DNA of 64,000 nt from Candidatus Poribacteria bacterium (GTDB lineage Bacteria; Poribacteria; WGA-4E; PCPOR2b). The notes beneath the pieces were generated by a model. It saw only the letters and a program-made list of their open reading frames with translations, was not told where the DNA came from and searched no databases. The DNA is taken from the NCBI GenBank assembly GCA_965208325.1, contig OZ242326.1, positions 928,001 to 992,000 of the forward strand, written 5' to 3'. This document shows, piece by piece, positions 19,774-30,107 of this stretch (its first letter is position 1; each line of letters starts with the position of its first letter). The position numbers were made by a program, and so were the translations under genes.

Positions 19774-20721
19774 TCAATTTTCGTCAACGATTTCATCGGA
19801 GCTTGCAGGAAGCGTTAAATCCATGAATAGGTTGTCCAACCAGCGTTCGGTCTTTTGAAAACTCAAAATCGCGGCGCCTGCATGAATCAAATCCTTAAGC
19901 AGATTGGAAACTTCAATCTCTGTCATCTGTGAATCAATCAGAATCCGCGAACCCGTCACCTCACACGACATGAAATTAGACCTGTCGTGCAAGAGGGCTT
20001 CTGCTTTATCAATACCCTCCATTACATCTATTTCGATTCGATGGCTTCGTGTAATCTGACCGGCGATTTCAGCAACGTCTCCATTCAATGCAAAATTACC
20101 TTTATCCAGAATTGCCAACCGGTTGCAGGTTGCGGCTACATCTGCGGGCCGATTCGTGCTTAAGACCACTGTTTTTCCCATTGCCCCAAGCTCAACAATT
20201 AACGCCTGCATCTCAATCTGTCCCCGCACATCTAACGCCGAGAGCGTCTCATCTAGAATCCAGATTTGCGGATCGTGCAAAAATGTCTTTGCGAGGCAAA
20301 GCCTGCGTTTTTGTCCCAGAGAGAGTTGTGCGGTTTTCTGCTTGCGGAGTTCACCCAAATCCATCAGATCCAGGACATCTTTCATGCACCCAGCACGCAA
20401 CGCACGGTCTAATTTGTATGCGGAAGCGAAAAAATCAAGATACTCCCAAACAGAGAGATCGGGATAGCCGTCAAAGGTTTGAGGTACATACCCCATGAGC
20501 GGACGGACTCTATTCAGATTGGCAAATGCATCATAACCAGCGATTTCGACAACGCCAGAGGTAGGCTTGACAAGAGTCGCAAGAATCCTCAGTAGAAGCG
20601 ATTTGCCGGCACCATTTACGCCTAGCAGGGCAAACCGATCTCCTTCGGCGAGATTCAAATTGATGTCCCAAAAGATCTGCCTTTGCTGGATAGATTTGCA
20701 TAACTGTTGAACACGAATCAT
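19774..20721 (-). CDS. ABC transporter ATP-binding protein (ABC-2 export type)
   Basis: GVNGAGKS Walker A, LSLGQKRR signature, WILDE Walker B; H-loop reads STN. Confidence 0.9.
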   Translation of the reverse strand: MIRVQQLCKSIQQRQIFWDINLNLAEGDRFALLGVNGAGKSLLLRILATLVKPTSGVVEIAGYDAFANLNRVRPLMGYVPQTFDGYPDLSVWEYLDFFASAYKLDRALRAGCMKDVLDLMDLGELRKQKTAQLSLGQKRRLCLAKTFLHDPQIWILDETLSALDVRGQIEMQALIVELGAMGKTVVLSTNRPADVAATCNRLAILDKGNFALNGDVAEIAGQITRSHRIEIDVMEGIDKAEALLHDRSNFMSCEVTGSRILIDSQMTEIEVSNLLKDLIHAGAAILSFQKTERWLDNLFMDLTLPASSDEIVDEN

Positions 20722-20814
20722 GATTTGTCCATCCTAGAGACTCCGGCAAAGGGAATAAACACAATTCGAAGTGAATTCTTCATCTACTACCGTGTGTTGA
20801 TTCCGTTGCACGCT

Positions 20815-21915
20815 TTAGATTCCACGGTTGGCGTTTAGGAGTTTTGTATGGATGGGCTTCCAGTCACTCCGTCGATTACTGATGAGAATTAATCTATCTG
20901 TCGGTTGGATTTCAAATTCGGGAGGCGGGTTGATCCAGTGCTGGCTGTTTCGGATTATCCCAACTAATATGACCTGCGCGCCCAATTCCATGAGAAGAGA
21001 CTGTAGTTCGAAAAAGCGCAATCCACCAATCTCGACAGGTTCAGTATACAACTCACTTCCTTCAGCTTGAGTCAGCAGTTCCGCAATGGCGTGAGAAAGC
21101 CCATGATCTCGTACCTCTTGTGCTAATACTTTGGCTGCGATGTTACCTGTAGGTATGACCGCATCACAGTTGAACGCTCGGAAGAGTGCTAGATGTCCAA
21201 TGCTGGCGCACTCAACAATGGTTCTGACCTTGGGGTTGAGGGTTTCAATTAGGGAAACAATTGAGGAAGTGATGGCGTCTGCAGCATGTTCATCGGTCCC
21301 CGGCGTAAGAATTACCGACGCATATGCCCTTGCAATATTAGCTCTATTTAGCGATTCGTCTTGCAACGGAGATCCACGGACAAAATAGACATTCGGATTG
21401 TTGAAAGGGATTTCCTCGATGTTATCCGTCAGGATAACAACGGATCTATCGGATGTCACCGAATCCGACGCGAGCTGGTCTATAATCGCGGCGACCCTCA
21501 ATTCAGAGGGGAAATTTACGATGACGATATGATCTTCAACAAGATCCCGGCAATCAATGTGTCCGAAACGGCGGTTGTTCTGTCCTTCCACGGCAAGGTC
21601 TACAATCTGGGTAATGACATAGGGGAATGATGCTAACCCAACCAGATATATCAGTATAATTGTAGCGATTCTCCCGCCTACAGTTGCAGCAGAATAATCC
21701 CCGTACCCAACTGTTGTTATTGTCGTAAAAGTCGCCCAGACGGAATCCCAAAGCGACAGCTTACTACTCTCTGCACGTTCAAAAGAATAGAAAGTTATTG
21801 AGTGTAGAATAATACAAAGCAAAACTATGCCGAGTACCGCTGTGATACGTCGAATATGACGATTATGATACGCACGACGCATGCGGCGGTAGAACCGAAG
21901 ACTTATGGTTAGCAT
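20815..21915 (-). CDS. 2TM potassium channel with RCK domains (MthK/Kch-like)
   Basis: TTITTVGYGD selectivity filter followed by TrkA-N and TrkA-C domains. Confidence 0.92.
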   Translation of the reverse strand: MLTISLRFYRRMRRAYHNRHIRRITAVLGIVLLCIILHSITFYSFERAESSKLSLWDSVWATFTTITTVGYGDYSAATVGGRIATIILIYLVGLASFPYVITQIVDLAVEGQNNRRFGHIDCRDLVEDHIVIVNFPSELRVAAIIDQLASDSVTSDRSVVILTDNIEEIPFNNPNVYFVRGSPLQDESLNRANIARAYASVILTPGTDEHAADAITSSIVSLIETLNPKVRTIVECASIGHLALFRAFNCDAVIPTGNIAAKVLAQEVRDHGLSHAIAELLTQAEGSELYTEPVEIGGLRFFELQSLLMELGAQVILVGIIRNSQHWINPPPEFEIQPTDRLILISNRRSDWKPIHTKLLNANRGI

Positions 21916-22140
21916 TGTCTCTCCTTTACACAGGAATGCAAATACAACATGAGGTTATTCTACCACAGAAGGAATCCCTATCATAACAAAAAATCGTGCC
22001 CGATGAATTTCCGAATGGCACGTGCGCGGCAGTTGAACATCATGAGCAACACGGGGTACAATTTCCCTTTATATTTGAGATTATCTATAGTAAAATATGC
22101 GCTGTGAAAATAGAGTCATAGCTGGAATAGAGGACATGTC

Positions 22141-23835
22141 ATGCCAAAAATGACCGGTTCCAAATTTATCGCCGAGACATTAAAGGGGTACGGCGTTAGG
22201 ACGATTTTCTTCGTACCCGCGATTTTGAGAGGCGTCCTTGTAGAAGCGGAGAAGTTAGGTATAAAACGAGTGCTCTGCCATTCCGAGAAAGCCGCGGCAT
22301 ACATGGCAGACGGTTACGCTCGAGCGTCGTATGGACCGGGGGTTGCCATGGCGCAGTCCGTAGGCGCAGCTAATCTTGCCGCCGGGTTGCAGGATGCCTA
22401 TCTGGCGCTGTCACCGGTACTTGCGGTTACGGGTCGGCTACCGCCGTACTACCGGTACCGCCACGCATACCAGGAAATCGATCATTGGCCGCTATATGAA
22501 CCAGTAACAAAGTATAACGCTTTCGTTGATGCGGTTGACGAGTTGCCTGTTTTGCTGCGCCAGGCTTTTCGAGAAGCGATTTCCGGCGCGCCAGGTCCGG
22601 TTCACTTGGAATTGTTGGGATTTCAGGGCGAAATTGTTGCCGAAGCTGAAGCCGACTTAGAAGTGATAATTGAGGAAACATACACGCAATGTCCACCGTT
22701 TCGCACTGAACCTGAAGCGGAATTGGTCAAACAAGCGTCTGCGCTTCTCGCGCAAGCGGAACGGCCTGTCATAGTTGCAGGCGGCGGTGTTGCTGTGTCC
22801 AATGCGAGTTCAGAGATTGTCGAATTGGCAGAGATGCTTTCTATACCCGTGGCAACGTCTCTGAACGGCAAGGGGAGTATCCCGGAAAATCATCCTTTAT
22901 CTGTAGGCGTCGTCGGTACCTACTCCCGTTGGTGCGCCAATCAGCTAGTCTCCGAAGCAGACCTAGTGCTTTTTGTGGGAAGCCATACGGGCGGCCAAGT
23001 TTCCCACTTCTGGCAGGTGCCAAGACACGGTACTAAAGTCATTCAAATTGACATAAATCCCTCAGCAATTGGGCAAAATTATCCGGCGCAAGTGGCTATG
23101 TTCGGCGATGCCAAGGTGACCTTACGGCGCCTCATCGAGGCCATAGCGCCAACCCTCGCGCCCACCAGCCGGAGCAATCCTTGGACTGCTCGAGTAAGCC
23201 ATTTGGTAGCACAGTGGCGAAAAGAACTTGAACCGCATTTCAACTCCGAATCAGTGCCAATCCGACCTGAGCGGCTGTGCAATGAAATTTGTGAATTCCT
23301 TCCTTCCGATGCCGTTCTAGTTTCTGACACGGGACACGCCGGCATCTGGTCGGGAACGATGATTGACCTTAAAACTCCCGGCCAGCGTTATCTACGATGC
23401 GCGGGTTCTCTAGGGTGGGGTTTTCCGGCCGCCTTGGGCGCGAAATGCGCTGTCCCCGAGAAGCCTGTGATTTGCTTTACTGGTGATGGGGGTTTCTGGT
23501 ACCATCTCAGCGAGTTAGAGACTGCGGTTCGCTGCGGAATTAATACTGTGACCGTGATTAACAATAACCATTCGCTGAATCAGGACAAAGCGGGCGTGGA
23601 CCGCGCATACGGCAATGCGGCCGCAGGCAACCGCGAGGAACTTTGGGTGTTTGACGACGCGGATTTCTCGAAAATTGCGCAGTCCATGGGCGGTTTCGGG
23701 ATTCGGGTGGAGCGTCCCGCAGATATTCAGACCGCCTTGGAGCAGGCATTGGCTTCAGGCAAACCATCGGTGGTGGATATATCAAGCGATATCAACGCCT
23801 TCGCACCATTACCCCACGTTCCAGAGATTGATTAG
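22141..23835 (+). CDS. ThDP-dependent enzyme, acetolactate synthase large subunit-like
   Basis: SEKAAAYMADGYAR, GPVHLEL, GSLGWGFPAALG, GDGG...NN ThDP motif. Confidence 0.88.
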   Translation: MPKMTGSKFIAETLKGYGVRTIFFVPAILRGVLVEAEKLGIKRVLCHSEKAAAYMADGYARASYGPGVAMAQSVGAANLAAGLQDAYLALSPVLAVTGRLPPYYRYRHAYQEIDHWPLYEPVTKYNAFVDAVDELPVLLRQAFREAISGAPGPVHLELLGFQGEIVAEAEADLEVIIEETYTQCPPFRTEPEAELVKQASALLAQAERPVIVAGGGVAVSNASSEIVELAEMLSIPVATSLNGKGSIPENHPLSVGVVGTYSRWCANQLVSEADLVLFVGSHTGGQVSHFWQVPRHGTKVIQIDINPSAIGQNYPAQVAMFGDAKVTLRRLIEAIAPTLAPTSRSNPWTARVSHLVAQWRKELEPHFNSESVPIRPERLCNEICEFLPSDAVLVSDTGHAGIWSGTMIDLKTPGQRYLRCAGSLGWGFPAALGAKCAVPEKPVICFTGDGGFWYHLSELETAVRCGINTVTVINNNHSLNQDKAGVDRAYGNAAAGNREELWVFDDADFSKIAQSMGGFGIRVERPADIQTALEQALASGKPSVVDISSDINAFAPLPHVPEID

Positions 23836-23872
23836 CCCGTCGGAAGGATAGATATACCTCGTATATCTGAAA

Positions 23873-25138
23873 ATGTACAAGACTGAAATCCTATCGCGAA
23901 TACCATCCAAAATTCTAGCCGTGTTGCAGGAGATTGGGCAACTTGCCGATGAAACCGGCCTGTCTGCTTATGCTGTCGGCGGCATGGTCCGTGATTTACT
24001 GCTTATTCGTGAAAATTCGGATTTTGATGTCGTCGTGGAAGGAGATGCTATCGGCTTGGCTCAATGTCTATTCAAAAGATGGGAGGGCAAAATCCACGTG
24101 CACAGCGACTTCGGCACAGGAACATTGACCCGCAGCGATGGGCTCAAAATTGATTTTGTGAGCGCACGACGCGAAACTTATCCACGCCCGGGTGCGTTAC
24201 CCTTCATTAGATTCGGCACAATTTTGGACGACCTCCGCCGCCGCGATTTTTCGATAAATGCGCTTGCTATGTCACTCAATCCTGCCACCATCGGGGAACT
24301 TGTAGACTGCACAAGCGGGTTGAGAGACTTGCAGAGCGGAGAAATTCGCACGCTGCACGATAGAAGTTTCATAGACGATCCAACCCGCCTATTTCGGGCG
24401 ATTCGATACGAAGGACGTTATGGTTTTCAAATCGTGGACAGCGATCAGAAACACATGTTCGATGCGATTGGCAAAGGAGTTTTGGATTTAATTAGCGGCC
24501 AACGTATTCGAAACGAAATCAACCGCATTTTGCCGGAAACATCGGCGCCAAAAATTATTCGCCGAATGGAAGAATTTGACATCTTTCAAAATATTCACAC
24601 AGGGTGGCAACCGCCAGAAAACTTTGATGCACTCTGCGACGCTGCCCGCCAAGCCGCTGATTGGGCAGATAAGCATCTCGTGAAGGACTCAGTTGAAAAG
24701 GCGTCGCTGTTTTGGATGGCGTTGCTGCGTGACGGCTCTGTCATTGAATCTGTTAAAGACCGATTATCGTTGGATAATCAGTTAAGTAAAATACTTGTTG
24801 CGAAGGCGCGGTTGGGAAATGTGTTAGCTAAGTTATCGGTGCATTCCGAGCGGAGCCAAGTTTATAAATTATTGAAATCATACCCTATAGAAGCCTTGGC
24901 GTTTTCTATCGCAGAACCTGAACAGCCTCAATGGTGTGCCGCAAAAATTAAGGAATATTTGACAGATTTGAGGCTTGCCCAACCTTTGATTAACGGAGCG
25001 GATCTTATCCAATTGAATTTGACACCGGGACCAAAATTTGCAGAGATGCTGTGGAATACGTTTGCGGCGCAGTTAGATGGAAAAATACAAAGTAAACAGG
25101 AGGCTTTCCAAATTTTAGGAAGATTCAATGAGAATTGA
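23873..25138 (+). CDS. cca: class II tRNA nucleotidyltransferase (CCA- or A-adding type)
   Basis: VGGMVRD, DFDVV, RRDFSINA, DDPTRLFRAIRY. Confidence 0.85.
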   Translation: MYKTEILSRIPSKILAVLQEIGQLADETGLSAYAVGGMVRDLLLIRENSDFDVVVEGDAIGLAQCLFKRWEGKIHVHSDFGTGTLTRSDGLKIDFVSARRETYPRPGALPFIRFGTILDDLRRRDFSINALAMSLNPATIGELVDCTSGLRDLQSGEIRTLHDRSFIDDPTRLFRAIRYEGRYGFQIVDSDQKHMFDAIGKGVLDLISGQRIRNEINRILPETSAPKIIRRMEEFDIFQNIHTGWQPPENFDALCDAARQAADWADKHLVKDSVEKASLFWMALLRDGSVIESVKDRLSLDNQLSKILVAKARLGNVLAKLSVHSERSQVYKLLKSYPIEALAFSIAEPEQPQWCAAKIKEYLTDLRLAQPLINGADLIQLNLTPGPKFAEMLWNTFAAQLDGKIQSKQEAFQILGRFNEN

Positions 25139-25805
25139 TCCGGCTGAAGCAATCTTACGAGTAGTGCAGTTTATTATTTTACTCACTTTTCACGAATGGG
25201 GCCATGCGAAATCCGCGAACATGCTAGGCGATCCCACCGCTGAGGATGAGGGTCGAATGACATTCAATCCTGCGGCCCATATTGACATTATTGGAACCGT
25301 GATGCTGCCGTTGATTGGCACGCTCTTTGGTGGATTGTTTTTTGGTTGGGCGAAACCCGTGCCCGTTAATCCTTACAATCTGAGAAATCCCAAACGCGAC
25401 TTGATGATAATTGCAGCCGCGGGACCGATTATGAACATTCTCTGCACAATCGTGATTTTAGGATGCCTATCAATTCTGTCCTTAGCGATTGGCTTCCCTG
25501 ATAACAGTTCGGCAATACAATCTCTAATCTATGAACAGTTGGAGATTTCAGCAGTTATTAGCGTATTTTTGGCTGTATTCAATATGCTCCCAATTTTCCC
25601 GCTTGATGGATACAGCGTATTATACGGTCTATTGCCATGGAAGCAAGCCCGATCGTTCGAAAGGTCGCGCCCTTATGGCATGATGATATTAATGGGAATC
25701 ATCTTTATCCCCAGCCTATTGAGAATACCAAATCCGGTCTTTGAACTTATGAGGTTTGTTACTGCAAACATCTTTTACCTAGTTCAAATTCTTGTCAGAT
25801 TGTAA
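25128..25805 (+). CDS. site-2 protease, peptidase M50
   Basis: HEWGH, GWAKPVPVNP, AAAGP, FNMLPIFPLDG. Confidence 0.93.
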   Translation: MRIDPAEAILRVVQFIILLTFHEWGHAKSANMLGDPTAEDEGRMTFNPAAHIDIIGTVMLPLIGTLFGGLFFGWAKPVPVNPYNLRNPKRDLMIIAAAGPIMNILCTIVILGCLSILSLAIGFPDNSSAIQSLIYEQLEISAVISVFLAVFNMLPIFPLDGYSVLYGLLPWKQARSFERSRPYGMMILMGIIFIPSLLRIPNPVFELMRFVTANIFYLVQILVRL

Positions 25806-25828
25806 TGAGTCCGAAGGAAGCAACAATC

Positions 25829-26809
25829 ATGCAAAAAACAAGATTAGTGAGTGGTGTCCGTCCAACCGGACTTCTACATCTTGGGCATCTGGAAGGGATG
25901 TTGAAGAACACTGCAAGCCTGCAAGACAAATACGAATGTTTTCCCTTCATCGCCGATTGGCATTCGCTCACCGATGTGACTGACACATCAAACCTTCCCC
26001 ACTATAAACTGCAGGCAGCAATAGATTGGTTGAGTGCCGGAATCGACCCGGATAAAAGCACGCTTTTCATTCAATCCCACGTGGCGGAACATGCGGAATT
26101 ATCGACGCTACTCACCATGGTTACACCGGTGTCCTGGCTAGAGCGTTGTCCAACGTATAAAGACAAGATTCAAGACATCAATCAGCGCGAGGGACCTTCA
26201 GCCGGATTGCTAGAATATCCGGTATTGATGACATCGGATGTCATCGTTTACAAAGCCGCTGTGGTGCCTGTTGGAGCGGATAATGTAGCTCACCTCGAAA
26301 TATCACGTGAAATCGTTCGCAGATTTAATCACGTCTACGGCGATGTATTCCCCGAGCCGCAGCCGCTGTTGACGAAAACCGCGGAGTTGCCTGGGCTTGA
26401 CGGCCGCAAGATGAGCAAGAGCTACGGTAATACCATTCAGCTATCCGATTCATCTGAGACCACAACGAAAAATCTTATGCAAATGGTAACAGATCCTGGC
26501 CGTGTACGCCGCAATGACCCCGGCAATCCAGAGGTATGCCCCGTATTTGCGTATCATAAAGTTTACAATCCTGATGAGGTTCCACAAATTGACCGGGATT
26601 GCCGTTCCGCTGCGATAGGGTGTGTCGATTGTAAACGCAATCTTAGCGAATATTTGATTGCTGAACTGACTCCATTCTATGAAAAACGGGCTCAATGGGC
26701 GTCAAAACCGGAAGAGGTTCGAGAAGTTCTCGGTGATGGAGCAAATCGGGCCCGCGGCGTTGCTCAAGAAACTATGGCAGAAGTCAGAGATGCTATGAAT
26801 CTAGTTTGA
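25829..26809 (+). CDS. trpS: tryptophanyl-tRNA synthetase
   Basis: SGVRPTG.LHLGH, IADWH, YPVLM..D, KMSKS; alternative start at 25805. Confidence 0.95.
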   Translation: MQKTRLVSGVRPTGLLHLGHLEGMLKNTASLQDKYECFPFIADWHSLTDVTDTSNLPHYKLQAAIDWLSAGIDPDKSTLFIQSHVAEHAELSTLLTMVTPVSWLERCPTYKDKIQDINQREGPSAGLLEYPVLMTSDVIVYKAAVVPVGADNVAHLEISREIVRRFNHVYGDVFPEPQPLLTKTAELPGLDGRKMSKSYGNTIQLSDSSETTTKNLMQMVTDPGRVRRNDPGNPEVCPVFAYHKVYNPDEVPQIDRDCRSAAIGCVDCKRNLSEYLIAELTPFYEKRAQWASKPEEVREVLGDGANRARGVAQETMAEVRDAMNLV

Positions 26810-26847
26810 CCGCCTTTAACAGAAATTGTTAACGATAATGAGACCGC

Positions 26848-27606
26848 ATGCAAAACAGTGTTGAGATTAATGACTCTCAGGTAAAACCCGTATATGCCAT
26901 CAAACTTGATTTCTTTGAAGGCCCTTTAGATCTTCTGCTCCATCTCATTCAGAAAAATGAGATGGAGATTACGGATATCCCAATCGCCGAAATCACCGAG
27001 CAGTACCTAGAGTATCTCAACTTTATGGAACTGCTGGATCTTGATGTCGCGTCAGATTTTTTGGTGATGGCTGCGACTTTGCTTTATCTGAAATCTCAAA
27101 GCATTCTTCCAGTCCTTGAAGTAGATGATCAAAAACCGTTTAAGGATAGGGAAGATCTTGTCAGGCAACTGTTAGCGTACAAACAGTTCAAGGAAGCGGC
27201 TCAGGCATTAGATTATCATGCAGCGAAGCGTGAAAAAATCTACGGTAGGAGTGTCCATCCGGATACCGATTCCTCCGATTTGCGTGACGTCCAGATAAAG
27301 GCGACGCTGTTCGATCTGCTGTCTGCCTTCAAGCAGGTGATTGAAAGATCGGAGTTTGCAGCGGACGATGATCATTACGAAGAAATTCAAGAAGAGCCGA
27401 TTACCGTTGAGGAAAAGATGGAAATTGTGCAGCGTAAACTCAGCGATGAACCGATTAACTTCAATGAGTTGTTCTCAGAATTCGCAAGCAAGATTGAACA
27501 GATTGTGACGTTTTTAGCGATTCTGGAATTGATTCGCCTTCAGCGAATCTCCGCGGTACAATCAGGTCACCTTGAAGACATCTATATTGTGAGACTTGAC
27601 GCGTAA
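26848..27606 (+). CDS. scpA: segregation and condensation protein A
   Basis: FEGPLDLLLHLI, FLVMAATL, VTFLAILEL. Confidence 0.95.
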   Translation: MQNSVEINDSQVKPVYAIKLDFFEGPLDLLLHLIQKNEMEITDIPIAEITEQYLEYLNFMELLDLDVASDFLVMAATLLYLKSQSILPVLEVDDQKPFKDREDLVRQLLAYKQFKEAAQALDYHAAKREKIYGRSVHPDTDSSDLRDVQIKATLFDLLSAFKQVIERSEFAADDDHYEEIQEEPITVEEKMEIVQRKLSDEPINFNELFSEFASKIEQIVTFLAILELIRLQRISAVQSGHLEDIYIVRLDA

Positions 27607-27656
27607 TGAACAAAGTCAAAGTTCGTCACCGACACCAACCAAACGAATAGAAAACC

Positions 27657-28244
27657 GTGGCTGAAGAACACTCCCTTGACATTCAGGATTCCGAGTTTAG
27701 CCCAGACGAGATAAAATCCATTCTCGAAGCGGTGCTGTTCGCCGTCAGCGAACCAATTTCCTTGAAACAGTTTAGCCTGATGCTGAATGGGGTTTCCACG
27801 AGACAGATTCACCAAGTGCTCAAGCAGTTGCGAGATGAGTATCGAAACACAAACCGTAGTTTTGAACTCATCGAAATTGCCAACGGGTTTCAAATCTGTA
27901 CACACCCCAAATATCACGGTTGGATTGAAAAATTTTACACCCGCCAAGTGCGCGTCAAACTCTCACCCGCTGCACTTGAAACCCTCACCATTGTCGCCTA
28001 TAAACAGCCTATTACCAGAAGCGAGATGGAAGAAATCCGCGGCGTTAATAGCGATAGCGTTCTCAATTCTTTAATCGAAAAGGGACTAGTGCGCATCGCG
28101 GGAAGGAACCCCGGTCCGGGCCGTTCGCTTTTGTTTGCAACGACGGACGAATTTCTGCAACTTTTCGGATTTAAAGATCTTGCTGAATTGCCTTCCATGG
28201 AAGAGATTGAACAGATTTTAAACCAAACGCAAAGCGAATCATAA
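27657..28244 (+). CDS. scpB: segregation and condensation protein B
   Basis: ILEAVLFA, LSPAALETLTIVAYKQPITR, IRGVNS, FLQLFG...LP. Confidence 0.95.
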   Translation: MAEEHSLDIQDSEFSPDEIKSILEAVLFAVSEPISLKQFSLMLNGVSTRQIHQVLKQLRDEYRNTNRSFELIEIANGFQICTHPKYHGWIEKFYTRQVRVKLSPAALETLTIVAYKQPITRSEMEEIRGVNSDSVLNSLIEKGLVRIAGRNPGPGRSLLFATTDEFLQLFGFKDLAELPSMEEIEQILNQTQSES

Positions 28245-28639
28245 TTCATGACGTGTTCTATTAACCGTAAATTTCCTGAGCACCCATGAACATCGGAAAT
28301 TTTTCACTAGCGATTGTGCTAAACTGTTGCATCATATCAAGCCTGTCCGAGTCTTTCTACGCGCTGCTACGCCGCTCGTCTTCGTAATCCTCCTATTCTA
28401 TTGAGAAATTCCTGTCGAGGTAAACTGACATCACACAAAGGGCGCATGTCGGCTGCACGCATTCCCTGCGCACAGGCGAACCGTAAAATGGGTCAGAATT
28501 AAGATGCCGCAAGAATCATTTGAATGGATTGGTGTTACGCTTGGAGACAAATTCGTAAGAGATTCAACCGCGCTTTCTTATGTTGACCGCCGCGTAAATT
28601 TGATGATTATCGTTTGACCAACAGTATGCAGAAATTCTA

Positions 28640-28669
28640 TTGACGACGAAACTGGTTGAGGGGTACAAT
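28640..28669 (+). promoter_or_regulatory. sigma70-type promoter of the first thrC
   Basis: TTGACG-N18-TACAAT. Confidence 0.5.
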
Positions 28670-28735
28670 TGTTGTTTAAGGTCCGTGTGAGGGTTTACGC
28701 TGTTGAACAATGCCCGATTCTGAAGGAGTGCGGCG

Positions 28736-30070
28736 ATGGAGTATCATGCATGGTTTCAATGCAGTGAGGGCTGTGACGAAAAGTATCCGCTCAATGAAGT
28801 CATATACCGATGCCGGCAATGCAATGGTTTATTAGAAGTAAAACACGACATAGACCTACTTAGGCGTAGAAGCGGCGCAGCGTGGAGGGAACTGTTTAAT
28901 GAGCGGTATATGCGTACGCAATACCCTTATGGCAGCGGCGTCTGGGGAAAAAAGGAGTTGGTGTGTCCGAATATTGACAATGAAAATGTAGTATCCATGT
29001 ATGAAGGCGGCACCAATCTGTTTTGGGCTGAACGGTTTGGCAATGAGATTGGCCTTTCCAATCTCTGGATAAAGCAGTGCGGAAATAGTCATACCGGATC
29101 TTTTAAAGACTTAGGTATGACCGTATTGGTTTCCATGGTGAAGCAGGTGGTAAAACGCGGCGGCGACATCCGCGTTGTCATGTGCGCTTCTACCGGCGAC
29201 ACTTCCGCTTCACTCGCCGCATATGCCGCAGCGGCAGGCATTCCGGCTGTAATCCTTTTACCGCGGGACAAAGTATCCCACGCGCAGCTCATTCAGCCGA
29301 TAGCCAATGGCGCAATTACGCTTGCGTTAGAAACGGATTTTGATGGCTGCATGTCCGTAGTCCAGCAGCTTGCTGAAAGGAAAGATTTCTACCTAGCGAA
29401 TTCCATCAATTCGCTCCGAATTGAAGGACAAAAGACAATCTCGATTGAGTTAGTTCAGCAGTTTGACTGGGAAGCACCAGATTGGGTCATTATACCGGGC
29501 GGGAATTTGGGTAATGTAACAGCGCTCGGCTTGGGATTTTTAATCATGCGAGATTTAGGGATTATTGATCGGCTGCCCCGTATTGCTTGCGCTCAATCTG
29601 CCAAAGCGAATCCGCTGTACGAAAGTTTCCAAAACGACTTCAAGACGTTTGACCCGGTCACGGCGCGGGCAACAATTGCAACGGCAATTCGAATTGGCCA
29701 TCCAGTTTCGGTAAAAAAGGCGATAAATGTATTAAAAAAATTCGACGGAATTGTAGAGCAAGCCACCGAAGATGAGTTAGCGAATGCCGCGGCGAGTGCA
29801 GATCGGACAGGGTTGTTCAACTGCCCGCATACAGGGGTTGCACTCGCAGTGCTACTGAAAATGGTCGAAAGCAGACTTATACAACGCGATGATAGAGTAA
29901 TCGTTATCTCGACAGCTAACGGTCTCAAATTTCCGGAATTTAAGATTGACTACCACCAAAATAAATTGAAAGAAGTTCAACCTCAACATGTTAACTCGCC
30001 GATTACAGTCGAACCAAATTATGACACAGTGATGAAAACGATTACGCATCACCTGAAAACCTTGAACTGA
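28736..30070 (+). CDS. thrC: threonine synthase (plant-like long type)
   Basis: SHTGSFKDLGMTVLVS, CASTGDTSA, PGGNLGN, STANGLKF. Confidence 0.92.
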   Translation: MEYHAWFQCSEGCDEKYPLNEVIYRCRQCNGLLEVKHDIDLLRRRSGAAWRELFNERYMRTQYPYGSGVWGKKELVCPNIDNENVVSMYEGGTNLFWAERFGNEIGLSNLWIKQCGNSHTGSFKDLGMTVLVSMVKQVVKRGGDIRVVMCASTGDTSASLAAYAAAAGIPAVILLPRDKVSHAQLIQPIANGAITLALETDFDGCMSVVQQLAERKDFYLANSINSLRIEGQKTISIELVQQFDWEAPDWVIIPGGNLGNVTALGLGFLIMRDLGIIDRLPRIACAQSAKANPLYESFQNDFKTFDPVTARATIATAIRIGHPVSVKKAINVLKKFDGIVEQATEDELANAAASADRTGLFNCPHTGVALAVLLKMVESRLIQRDDRVIVISTANGLKFPEFKIDYHQNKLKEVQPQHVNSPITVEPNYDTVMKTITHHLKTLN

Positions 30071-30107
30071 CGGGGCGATCATCCAGATGTGCATTTTTTC
30101 GTAACGA